62,042 bases of DNA, from positions 1-62,042 of IMG/VR virus record IMGVR_UViG_3300042923_000331. One strand, 5' to 3'. The DNA comes from a virus (taxonomy: Duplodnaviria > Caudoviricetes). This document shows positions 45,559-54,350 of this stretch, piece by piece. Every line of letters starts with the position of its first letter. Position 1 is the first letter of the stretch. The notes below the pieces were generated by a model. It did no database searches and was not told the DNA's origin. It saw only the letters and a program-made list of their open reading frames with translations. The position numbers and the translations under genes are program-made.

Positions 45559-46971
45559 TTATACTGCAGCATATCTAAACATAAATGCAAAATAGCCCTT
45601 GTCTAAGCTGTCTATGTCGTCTGCGTAAATTCTAAACCATGCACTGTCACCTGCTGGTGCTAAATCCGGGTCAACTATAATTGTTGCTCCTGCAGCAAGT
45701 TTGTTTTCCGGTGCTATCATTTGGTTAATTACGCCTTGTACGGCTTGAATAACCGTTGCTCTTCCGTCGTCGTCGTTATTTATTTGACCCACTAATGGTT
45801 CTGTAGCTTCGGAAGCTCTTTGCATTAGCTCAAAACGCACTTTAGTTCTTTTGATTTTTTTCCATCCCTCGTCGTTTTCGCCGGTAAGAGTTGTAAGAGT
45901 GTTTATGCCGCTGTCTATCCACACTATGCCTTTTGCTGATGTACTGAATGTCAGCATACCGTTGTCTATAGCTTGATTGTATTGCTCATTTGTCAATACT
46001 TCCGCCACTCTTACCGCTCCGGATATTGTTTTATGTGTCAAACTTTGATTTGATGGTGTAGCTGCTATTAAGCCGGCTACTCTTCCTGCTGCTAAATATC
46101 CGTTAAGTAATACGTCACTTGAGTTATAAAAACCGCCGCCGCAGTAAACTACTAAATTAGTATTGAAAGCTTTTGCGTGTGCTAGTCTAGTTTCATATGC
46201 CACCGATATTGGTTCGCCTACTACTGCCATTGACATTTTTCCGCCCTCAAACACTCTTGTTATGTAAGCTGCTAAAAGTGTATGCACTTCCGTCGAAACT
46301 GTATCAATACAAATTGTATTCCATACATGTGGCTCTAAAAGCACAAATGCGTCTGAATAATCGCCGTTTGTTATTACAGGATTTGTTCCAGCTGTAACCG
46401 GTGTTTGTGGAGTAACAACAACTAAATTTGTTCCAGCGTATGCTGCTGCTTTTGCAAATGTGAAGTATGCTGATGTAGCTGCAATTAAGCCATCAACAGA
46501 ACCGTCAAAAGTTATTTTTTCAAGAAGAGTTGTTCCCTCGTATACAAGAAATTCTTTCTTTGTTCCGTCAGCTAATGAAACTCTTACCTCAAATATTAAA
46601 GTTCTGTCGCCCTCGTATTTTGCCGTCAAATTTATTGCTACAGCTGGCACCTCTGCTGTATCGTTTAATGTGCCAGTAGATTTTGTTCCGCCGGTTCCAA
46701 TTCTTACTACCTTTAAAACTCTAGCTCCGCCAGCTGCAATCTCTGTCAATAGATTAATGGTTCCGGCTGCTCCGCCGGTTCCGAAGTATTTTTTTGCTGC
46801 TTCCACGCTTTCAAATGTTAGAATTTTTCCTAGCTCTCCCCAATTTGATTGTACTACGGCAGCAACTATGCCGTCTAATGCTCCGGGAGTGCTTCCGCCA
46901 CCGTAATTTTCATATCGTTGGTACACACCGGCTCTTGTCTTTGCTTCTCCTACGTTAAAGAATATACCCAT
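45559..46971 (-). CDS. Tail sheath protein (XkdK-like)
   Basis: KTRAGVY, WG, AKYEG, VAGL.A...NQSLT, GINTLT, WKKI. Confidence 0.92.
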   Translation of the reverse strand: MGIFFNVGEAKTRAGVYQRYENYGGGSTPGALDGIVAAVVQSNWGELGKILTFESVEAAKKYFGTGGAAGTINLLTEIAAGGARVLKVVRIGTGGTKSTGTLNDTAEVPAVAINLTAKYEGDRTLIFEVRVSLADGTKKEFLVYEGTTLLEKITFDGSVDGLIAATSAYFTFAKAAAYAGTNLVVVTPQTPVTAGTNPVITNGDYSDAFVLLEPHVWNTICIDTVSTEVHTLLAAYITRVFEGGKMSMAVVGEPISVAYETRLAHAKAFNTNLVVYCGGGFYNSSDVLLNGYLAAGRVAGLIAATPSNQSLTHKTISGAVRVAEVLTNEQYNQAIDNGMLTFSTSAKGIVWIDSGINTLTTLTGENDEGWKKIKRTKVRFELMQRASEATEPLVGQINNDDDGRATVIQAVQGVINQMIAPENKLAAGATIIVDPDLAPAGDSAWFRIYADDIDSLDKGYFAFMFRYAAV

Positions 46972-46974
46972 TTG

Positions 46975-47142
46975 CTATTTTACCTCCTTTTTAAGAAACT
47001 TATTTATGATTGTTCTTGCTTCTGATGGTGTTGCTTTTGTCTTGCCTGCTACTTTAAAAGCTGCAATTACACATTCTTTTTTAGTCCCAAAAGTAACAGC
47101 TACTTCTGCTAATTCCTCTACCGTGTATTTAGATTCTATCAT
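46975..47142 (-). CDS. Small pre-sheath protein, 55 aa
   Basis: Manual translation MIESKYTVEELA..FGT...IINKFLKKEVK. Confidence 0.7.
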   Translation of the reverse strand: MIESKYTVEELAEVAVTFGTKKECVIAAFKVAGKTKATPSEARTIINKFLKKEVK

Positions 47143-47143
47143 T

Positions 47144-48010
47144 TCACACCTCTATATTCGTATAAATATGGTTAAGCGGCAATACTATCGGCTCTTTCTT
47201 TAACACTCCGTATTCGCCCATTAGAGTTATTTGTCCTGTTGTTAATGGATTTGCTGCGGTGTTATAAGAAAGCTGCTTTATTATCATCGGGCTATTGTCC
47301 GACATAGTTGTTTCGCCGTCTATTGCTATTGCTTCTGCGATTTGTTTTATATATTTTAATCGTGCTGCCGTTCCCGGAGCTATTACGTGCACTACAAGGT
47401 TTGTTTGTAACCAAGCCGCCGCATATGTATTACGCATAACGCTGTTTGCTCCTGTTAATCTCACATAAATTGCTGGTGCTACGTCTGAAGGTTTATATTT
47501 TTCTGTAAATGCGTCTATTCCTATAACCTTTGTTTCCGGGTATTTGCTTTTTATCCAGCTAGAAAGTGATATTGTTGGGTCGGGCGTTGTTGTCTCTTGT
47601 GATGGGAATGTTAGAATGTCAAACGTGATTGTAGCTCCGGATATTTTCGGTTCTGTCTGTCCTGCAACGTCGAATAAATCTGTTCTACTCCACACAGCAT
47701 AGTAAGTACCGCTTGTATCCGTGAAAAAGTAATCTGCCATGGCGTTTTGTATGATTAAGCCTAAATCTTCCGGCGCATGTTCTGCTAAACACCAAACATT
47801 TATACTCATTGACCCTGCTGTTTTTCTTTCTGCGTCGTATCTCCAATCTACAAGATAATCTATCCTTGGATATTGCTTTTGCCCCCAGCCAGCTGATTTA
47901 TCATCGGGCGCCTGTGCGTAAAATATAGCCGGTTTATTTGCGTATGTAGCAAGGAATGACGTTATGTTTATATCTTCTTGCATTGCTTGTAATATAATTT
48001 CCTCTATCAT
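47144..48010 (-). CDS. Tail terminator / neck protein
   Basis: Position; YPRI motif; apparently duplicated fold. Confidence 0.6.
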   Translation of the reverse strand: MIEEIILQAMQEDINITSFLATYANKPAIFYAQAPDDKSAGWGQKQYPRIDYLVDWRYDAERKTAGSMSINVWCLAEHAPEDLGLIIQNAMADYFFTDTSGTYYAVWSRTDLFDVAGQTEPKISGATITFDILTFPSQETTTPDPTISLSSWIKSKYPETKVIGIDAFTEKYKPSDVAPAIYVRLTGANSVMRNTYAAAWLQTNLVVHVIAPGTAARLKYIKQIAEAIAIDGETTMSDNSPMIIKQLSYNTAANPLTTGQITLMGEYGVLKKEPIVLPLNHIYTNIEV

Positions 48011-48013
48011 TTT

Positions 48014-48550
48014 TTAACCTCCATACGGCTCTCGGTATATCCTTATTACAGCCGGCATTGCTCGGTCTATAGTCCTTTGCTTGAAAGGTCTTTTTTCAAT
48101 TCTCCCTAGTCCATTTTCTAAGATTTCTCCTAGTAAATAGGAGCTGCCGCCGCTCTTTGACTTAACTCTGTAATCTGATTCAGTTACTGCATGAATAACT
48201 CTGTCGTTACCGTTTCTATTTGTTACATAGTTACGTCTGCGCCATGATAGCCTAAATATACCGGTTCTATTCGCCGGCGCTTCTCCGGGTGCGGATGCCG
48301 TGTATTTTCTATATGTTATTGTTGCTGTTTTGGTTCTTTTATTATATTTTACTCTACCGGTTCCCGGTACATTATAAACGCGTCCGCTTCTTTGACCGCG
48401 TAAAATAAAGCCTATTGCATTTGTCAATTCATTTGACGCCCGGTATGCCCTGCTTTCTGTTTCGGCTCCTATTAAAGCGGTTATTCTTTGAATTGTTGCG
48501 GTGATAGTGCTAGACAAGTGCTCCGGGTTTGAATTGTTGATTAAAGGCAT
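48014..48550 (-). CDS. Tail completion protein (HK97 gp10-like)
   Basis: SAPGEAPA.RTG.FR.SW, LE.G...RPF. Confidence 0.7.
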   Translation of the reverse strand: MPLINNSNPEHLSSTITATIQRITALIGAETESRAYRASNELTNAIGFILRGQRSGRVYNVPGTGRVKYNKRTKTATITYRKYTASAPGEAPANRTGIFRLSWRRRNYVTNRNGNDRVIHAVTESDYRVKSKSGGSSYLLGEILENGLGRIEKRPFKQRTIDRAMPAVIRIYREPYGG

Positions 48551-48889
48551 TTAAACACCTGTCCTTTCTTCACAGTATATAATTTGAAAAATATTTAATT
48601 CTGATGGGTCGTCTTTACCTTGCACGTAAAACTTGCGTGTTCCTAGTTTAAGTATGTTTTCAGCTTCAGCTTGGCATGTACCCCTTATAACTATTGTATG
48701 GGTTATCGGGTGCCCTGTTTGCTTCCATCTGTCTATTTCCTTTTGAGAAGCTTGCGAAATGGTACCACTAAAACTAGAGAATGCAACAGCTTTCGGCGTC
48801 TTGGTTACTCGCCCTTTTCCGTCTGTTGTTTCTTCTTGCTCGTATACATCAAAAGTCTTTATTTGCTGTCCCGGCACAAATCTAATCAT
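48551..48889 (-). CDS. Head closure protein
   Basis: THTI..RG, R.FYV...DD; position. Confidence 0.7.
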   Translation of the reverse strand: MIRFVPGQQIKTFDVYEQEETTDGKGRVTKTPKAVAFSSFSGTISQASQKEIDRWKQTGHPITHTIVIRGTCQAEAENILKLGTRKFYVQGKDDPSELNIFQIIYCEERTGV

Positions 48890-48903
48890 TTAATCACGCC
48901 CCT

Positions 48904-49314
48904 TTACGCATTCGGGTTGTCGTGCATACCTAAATAAAAATAGTTGCCGCCGTTTTCGGTTGTTCCTAGTGCTGCAGGGTTTACGGTTGGTCTTATATGA
49001 GGTCTTTCTCTTTCTTTTTCCTTAAGTATAGCTTTCCAACGCTCATATCTTTGTGAAAGTGAAAGGCTCATACCGCCGGCGCTGTAGTCTACTTCAAACG
49101 CGAATTTTGCAACTATGGCTTTTAAACACAAATATTTAGCATGTTCAAAGCTTCGCCCGGCTGCTGTGGCTTTAGTTATCATGGCTGTATATTCCTCGTC
49201 GGACAGTGCACATGTAGCTTTGCCGCCCTCAACTTCTACGTCGCCTAATTCAAAACGCATTTGGTCTTTTCCGCCGTCAGCAATTTTAGTTACGTCGTAA
49301 GCGTATAGTGCCAT
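48904..49314 (-). CDS. Head-tail adaptor
   Basis: R.ELGD...LSDEE motif; position. Confidence 0.7.
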   Translation of the reverse strand: MALYAYDVTKIADGGKDQMRFELGDVEVEGGKATCALSDEEYTAMITKATAAGRSFEHAKYLCLKAIVAKFAFEVDYSAGGMSLSLSQRYERWKAILKEKERERPHIRPTVNPAALGTTENGGNYFYLGMHDNPNA

Positions 49315-49316
49315 AT

Positions 49317-49820
49317 TTATTCACCTGCCAACATTACCGCTTTTATTATTCCGTCTTTAGTCATGGTATCGTCTACCGGTAAACCGATACTTTGTGCGTA
49401 TGCCATAACGTCCGGCTTTAACATTTTTTCTAATTTATTCTTTGTCAATTTCTCGGGTTGAGCTGGTGCGCCGTCAATAGTTGTTTTATTGGTTTCTCCC
49501 GGCGCGGCGGTGTTCTCATTGAGTGTTTGCTTGTCACCGGGTGTTTCCGTGCCGCTATTGTCATTTAAAGGCGTTTGCGGCGGTGTTATGTTGTTTTGTT
49601 CTGCGTCTGCTGGCGGAGTAATGCCGTCCGTGTCTTTATCTGCTGGCGGTGTATCCGGAGTCACTTTTATAATTTCTTTTTTCGGCTCCTCTATGCTGAC
49701 GATTCTATTCTGTTTTATTAACTTAACTGCCGCTTCCGGTGACACTACATCGTCGGGGATAATATCCCCAACGAAATAGTCTATACCACTAAAACGGCAT
49801 GGCTTCTTTGCTATAAACAT
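49317..49820 (-). CDS. Post-capsid protein with low-complexity linker and C-terminal HeH/Rho-N-like domain
   Basis: LEKM.K.DV..YA..IGL.V...MTK..II. Confidence 0.6.
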   Translation of the reverse strand: MFIAKKPCRFSGIDYFVGDIIPDDVVSPEAAVKLIKQNRIVSIEEPKKEIIKVTPDTPPADKDTDGITPPADAEQNNITPPQTPLNDNSGTETPGDKQTLNENTAAPGETNKTTIDGAPAQPEKLTKNKLEKMLKPDVMAYAQSIGLPVDDTMTKDGIIKAVMLAGE

Positions 49821-49843
49821 AAACTCATGCCCTCCTATTTATT

Positions 49844-50875
49844 TTATTTTACACACTGAGTTAAATAGCAAGCTAAATCATCGCCGGTTTTCTTCATGTC
49901 GTAAGCCATTAAGCCCTCTATGAATTCAGCGTGTGTTCCTTTTTCGCCCTCCCACTGTGACATTGCGATATATTGGCTGCCGCCTAACATGTCCCAAGCG
50001 AAAGTGTAGCCTGCAGATGGTTCGTCGATTGCTGCGCTATTTGGTGCATAGCATACTAGCATTCCTTTAGGGTCGCAAATGAAATCCATATTTGCTGCCG
50101 CGCCTAATGCTGCTTTGTTGTATGTAGAAGCTAAAACTACTACTTTTTCAACTCCGAACAACTGTGCTAATACTTGCTCATTGATTGTTGCTGGGTTTGC
50201 TGTTGAACCGGAATATTTTACTCTCTCTATAATGTCGCCATGGTTCTTTAAAGCGTTGAAAGTTTCAAAACCTAAACCGATTTTGTTTGGCTTTCTTCTG
50301 CCATTCTTTCTGATGTCAGTTATGATTCCGTCAACAACTCTTATCGGGTCGCTGTTTGCATCGTCGAATTGATAAAATTGGCTTGCTCCCGGTGTAGTTG
50401 TTACACCTGTTTGTTGATTTGTCCACACTCCAGCTTTGAAAAAGCCGTCAGCAAACAATGTATCAAGATGAAGTTTTGTCTTTTCCACAGCCGCTCTAAC
50501 TTTTGCATTTCTTGGGTCTGCTGCTCCCGGAGCTTTAGTTCTTGTATAGTTCAAAGTTGACAGCTGGTCTATACCGATAATTATTTGGTCTACTTTACAG
50601 CTGTATGTATCTTCTGTTTGTCCTAACAATGCTGGTGCTACTTTTCCAAATGCAGGTTTTCTCTGCATATCATCTCTTGCTAAGTCCTCTTTACTAAACT
50701 TATAGTAATGGCTTGAAGCAAGTTGCACCGGTACTATTGGAAACAGCTTGTCAGCTACATAGTCAGCTTCCGCTTGGAAGTATGCTATCGCTAAGTTTGT
50801 TAAGTAAATGTTTGGTTTCCATTGTCCTGTCGCAATGGATTTTTGTATCATTTCTGGTGATGTAAAATTACTCAT
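49844..50875 (-). CDS. Major capsid protein
   Basis: LTN.AIAY.Q..YVAD.LFP.VPV; 343 aa; position. Confidence 0.85.
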   Translation of the reverse strand: MSNFTSPEMIQKSIATGQWKPNIYLTNLAIAYFQAEADYVADKLFPIVPVQLASSHYYKFSKEDLARDDMQRKPAFGKVAPALLGQTEDTYSCKVDQIIIGIDQLSTLNYTRTKAPGAADPRNAKVRAAVEKTKLHLDTLFADGFFKAGVWTNQQTGVTTTPGASQFYQFDDANSDPIRVVDGIITDIRKNGRRKPNKIGLGFETFNALKNHGDIIERVKYSGSTANPATINEQVLAQLFGVEKVVVLASTYNKAALGAAANMDFICDPKGMLVCYAPNSAAIDEPSAGYTFAWDMLGGSQYIAMSQWEGEKGTHAEFIEGLMAYDMKKTGDDLACYLTQCVK

Positions 50876-50904
50876 ATTGTTTTTCTCCTCCTATTTTGCT
50901 AAAT

Positions 50905-51291
50905 TTAAGCTGGCTTGTAGCCGGATTTTGTGATTTCGATTTTTATAATAGTTCCATCTGCTCCGGCTTGTAATGCATAGCCTAGAACGTAATTTGTTGC
51001 AATCGCTTTTACTACTTTTCCTGCTGCTGTAACTGTAAGTTCATCGCCTACAGCTACTACACCGCCTGCTTTTGCAAGACCGATATCTTTTCTTTGCACA
51101 GTTACGTCGTCGCCTATTGCTACGTCACCTGTACCCGGTATAATCACACCATAAGCTAATTCACCTGCCACTGAACATGGTACGATTTTTCCTGCTGAAA
51201 ATTTTACTGCTAAAAAGTCTGCGCCTGTTATTGCTGCGCCTGCTACTCCTGCTATTACAGGAGATTCGTTTATACTTGTTCCTAAATACAT
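50905..51291 (-). CDS. Capsid decoration/cement protein (DUF2190-like)
   Basis: Gly/Ala/Val-rich; GDEL...A.GK.V, G.AL.A. Confidence 0.7.
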   Translation of the reverse strand: MYLGTSINESPVIAGVAGAAITGADFLAVKFSAGKIVPCSVAGELAYGVIIPGTGDVAIGDDVTVQRKDIGLAKAGGVVAVGDELTVTAAGKVVKAIATNYVLGYALQAGADGTIIKIEITKSGYKPA

Positions 51292-51322
51292 TTCATTTCC
51301 TCCTTATTTTCCTATGATTTTA

Positions 51323-52333
51323 TTAAAATTCTGACAAGTTAGGGTTTGTTTCGTATGCTTTTACGATTGCTTCCGCTCTTGTCAAAGTTGGAGCTGACTT
51401 CATTATTTCTGATACTGTAGCATCTAAATCTTTTCTGTCTGCGCCGGTTCTTCCTGTTCCGAGTTCTTTAAAAATTCCGCTTGTGTTAGTCATTGCGACC
51501 ATTTCGTCGTATAAAGCTATAGCGTCGTCATAAGCTGTTCCGCCGGCTTTCTTTAATTCATAAAGCTTTTTCCCTAATTCTTTTGGGTCTTTGCCTAAGA
51601 TTTCATATTTCTTTGCAATTGTTTCAAGGTTTGCAATTTCCATACTCTTCTTAATCTCGTCAAGCTCTTTTCTTGCTTCAGCTGCGTCGTCTAGTGCTTT
51701 TTTAACTTCCGGATTTAATGTTTCTTCTTTTTTTTCTTCCTCTTTTTCAGTTCCATATTTCTTTTTGATTGCTTCGATTGTTGCTTTATCCTCTGCGGAC
51801 AATTTGTTCATGTCTAACTCTGCCATAATATCTACTCCTTTTTTAATTTGATTTTTTTTCTTTGCTGGTGGTGTTTCTTCGTCGTCCTCATACTCATCTT
51901 CTAGATTTTCTTCGTCGATTTCGTCGTCCTCAAGCTCATCTTCTTCAACAGCTTTTGCAATGCTCCATGTTCCAATTTCATTCCCTACTGTTTCCGTAAA
52001 TTCTTCAAGACTTTTTTCCATTAGTTCTGCTTTTGCTTCTGCGTCAATGGTTGTGTCGCCTATTATTGACATTATGCTTTTTTGGAAAGCTTCTGTGTAT
52101 GTGTCAACTCTGTTATTTACATTAACAGTTTCTTTTTCTTTAGTTTGTTTTAATACTTTTGCTATTGCTTTGCCTATTTTAGCAAACAGCTTTTCGTCGT
52201 CCATGTCCTCTTCACCTCCTTTCAAATGGTCTGCACTTTTAAACAGCTTAATATCAGAGTCCGGGTTTGCTCCTTGCTTGCACAAATCCACGGATGTGAA
52301 TTGCATGTTTTTTAAAAGGCTTTTCTTTTTCAA
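51323..52333 (-). CDS. Capsid scaffold with N-terminal protease beta-strand segment
   Basis: SVDLCKQGANPDSDIKLFKS; acidic coiled coil; repeated hydrophobic-x-K-(S/A) sites. Confidence 0.7.
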   Translation of the reverse strand: MKKKSLLKNMQFTSVDLCKQGANPDSDIKLFKSADHLKGGEEDMDDEKLFAKIGKAIAKVLKQTKEKETVNVNNRVDTYTEAFQKSIMSIIGDTTIDAEAKAELMEKSLEEFTETVGNEIGTWSIAKAVEEDELEDDEIDEENLEDEYEDDEETPPAKKKNQIKKGVDIMAELDMNKLSAEDKATIEAIKKKYGTEKEEEKKEETLNPEVKKALDDAAEARKELDEIKKSMEIANLETIAKKYEILGKDPKELGKKLYELKKAGGTAYDDAIALYDEMVAMTNTSGIFKELGTGRTGADRKDLDATVSEIMKSAPTLTRAEAIVKAYETNPNLSEF

Positions 52334-52390
52334 AACTTACACCTCCCTTAAATTTAAAAAAGCGCTTATGCGCCTTTAATCAAAACTTTT

Positions 52391-52600
52391 TTATTCGCCT
52401 ATAGGCTTCATTTTGCTACACATCAATACAATTTCGCCCGAACCTTGGTGTCCCTGCTCATAAGTCCTTTGATGTATTTCGTTTATTGCATTTCTTATTG
52501 TTTCTTCGTCCTTACATGGGCTTTCAACCACATTAATATTTTGGTGCTTTTGGCAATTCCAACACGGATTATTAAAACTGTAACTCATTATTTTTACCAC
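52391..52600 (-). CDS. Small Cys-containing hypothetical protein
   Basis: ORF lying between two terminator-like hairpins. Confidence 0.6.
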   Translation of the reverse strand: MVKIMSYSFNNPCWNCQKHQNINVVESPCKDEETIRNAINEIHQRTYEQGHQGSGEIVLMCSKMKPIGE

Positions 52601-52668
52601 CTTTCTTATTTTTTATTCGTTTTGTTTTTTTATAACTTAAAAAGAACCTCCCTGCGTGGGTGGCTCTT

Positions 52669-53097
52669 TTATTGTTCAAGTATTTTTATTGCTTCTTTGT
52701 ACTTGGCTAGCCTTTTCAAATCATATTCTGTCGGGTTTGGTATCCTGTTTATGTCACTGTTATGTTTCAAGTCTGCAAGCTTAACTTTAGTTGCTAGCGT
52801 GTTTTGCTTTATGTTTTCGATGTAGTCTTTGTAATCTGTCTTTTTGTCGCGCGTAAGCTGCTTTAAGGCGTCTACGGCGATATTTGGTATACCTATTTTT
52901 ATTAAATCTTCGAATGTTATGTTGCTGTCCTCTACTACGTCATGCAAAAGAGCTACTACGGTTTCTATTTCTGTTGTCATTTCTTCTGCTACTCTGAAAA
53001 CGTGTAGAACATACGGCATGCCGCCTTTGTCTTTTTGCCCGGCGTGCGCTCTTCTTGCTATGTTGAAAGCTTTCGTTGTAAGTGGTGTTTTTATCAT
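52669..53097 (-). CDS. HD-domain small alarmone hydrolase (Mesh1/Aph1-like)
   Basis: AH.GQ.DKGG.PY..H, LLHDVVED, VKLADLKHN. Confidence 0.9.
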   Translation of the reverse strand: MIKTPLTTKAFNIARRAHAGQKDKGGMPYVLHVFRVAEEMTTEIETVVALLHDVVEDSNITFEDLIKIGIPNIAVDALKQLTRDKKTDYKDYIENIKQNTLATKVKLADLKHNSDINRIPNPTEYDLKRLAKYKEAIKILEQ

Positions 53098-53324
53098 TGT
53101 TTTTCCCAGCCGTCTATAAGTTTATTTGCTCGCTCTTCTGTTATTTCGTCATAGTCCGTTGTATTTGTTGCCGCTTCGAAGAAATCATTGTCTTTGTTCC
53201 AATTTCCGGTTTTCTGTCCGTATGCGTATGCACCGAAGTCGGCGCCGCTCTCAACAATTTTTATTAAACCGGCGTATCCTTTATTTGTCAAGTCAACTTT
53301 TCCATAATATTTTATTTTACTCAT
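53094..53324 (-). CDS. Putative immunity protein (IapK-like position)
   Basis: 76 aa, between synthetase and hydrolase; W...........YDEITEE.A..LI pattern. Confidence 0.6.
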   Translation of the reverse strand: MSKIKYYGKVDLTNKGYAGLIKIVESGADFGAYAYGQKTGNWNKDNDFFEAATNTTDYDEITEERANKLIDGWEKQ

Positions 53325-53350
53325 TTATATCACCTCTCCTTTACACTATA

Positions 53351-53379
53351 ATCATACTTCTAGTTACCGACAAAAGCAA
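53351..53379 (-). promoter_or_regulatory. Internal sigma-A promoter for the immunity/hydrolase genes
   Basis: TTGCTT-N17-TATGAT; operator-like GCCATTTTGGA at 53391-53401. Confidence 0.6.
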
Positions 53380-53407
53380 GATATATTTTCGCCATTTTGG
53401 AAAATGT

Positions 53408-54349
53408 TTATATTGTGTCGTCAGCAAATGTTGTAAATGATTTTAAATTACCTATTCCGGCAGGCGTCGGTATGGCTTTAGCTGCAATATTCATTTCTTT
53501 TTTTAATTCCAAGTACCTTTTTTCTGTTGTTCCCGGTTTTCTTTGCTCTTCATAAAGTTTATGATTGCTCATTTTTACATCAAAGCTGGCTTTAGTATGG
53601 AATTGCAGCTCAAATTTTCTGCCATTTGGCGATATAAGCACAGTGTTAATTCCTCGATAATCTGCATTTACGTCTACTAAACTGTTTTTTACTCTAGCCA
53701 CAGTATAGCCTTTTTGTTCAAAAGACTTTAAAACATAATTCGTATTTGATAGCAAATTATCTTCGGTATCAATATATGTATATCTGTTCAAATCATTCAT
53801 TGTAGATAGTGCTTTTTGTGGCGATATTTCATGTTTTAAACACTCCTTTTCTAGCTTTTCTTTCAAGGAGTCCTCTTCTTTCAGCTTGAATTCTAGTCCC
53901 TCTAATCTTCCGCTTCCGGTACCCTCTACAACACTTTCTAATAAAGTTGTTATTTCCGGCTCGTCAGCTGTGGCTTTGTCTATAGCTTCCGGAGCTAGTT
54001 TCATTATTTGTTTGTAGTCCGGTGTAAACTTACCACCATTCTTTGCTCCGCCGGTGCCTTTACTTGAAAATCGCCCTTTTCCGTCATGGAAAGGATTGTA
54101 TTTTACTATATTGCTAAAAGTTACGGCGGAAGTCTTTTTTTTTTCGATTAATTCGCCGAATGTCGTTGCCTTATTTATTTTGTTAGAAAGCGCCCAATCT
54201 GCTATTTCTTTGAATTTCTTTGGCAGCTGCTCTATCTTATCAACTTTCATTGTGGCTTTTATAAACGCGTCTTTGACTTCCTCGCCGTATTTTTCTTCTA
54301 TGTGCGTTATCTTTTCGCCTAATTCCTCAATAACTTGTAGTTCTAACAT
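53408..54349 (-). CDS. RelA/SpoT-type small alarmone synthetase toxin (Apk-like) with YNPFHD leader motif
   Basis: FKLK..SL..K, DLNRYT, YRGIN, ELQFHT, HKLYE. Confidence 0.8.
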   Translation of the reverse strand: MLELQVIEELGEKITHIEEKYGEEVKDAFIKATMKVDKIEQLPKKFKEIADWALSNKINKATTFGELIEKKKTSAVTFSNIVKYNPFHDGKGRFSSKGTGGAKNGGKFTPDYKQIMKLAPEAIDKATADEPEITTLLESVVEGTGSGRLEGLEFKLKEEDSLKEKLEKECLKHEISPQKALSTMNDLNRYTYIDTEDNLLSNTNYVLKSFEQKGYTVARVKNSLVDVNADYRGINTVLISPNGRKFELQFHTKASFDVKMSNHKLYEEQRKPGTTEKRYLELKKEMNIAAKAIPTPAGIGNLKSFTTFADDTI

Positions 54350-54350
54350 T

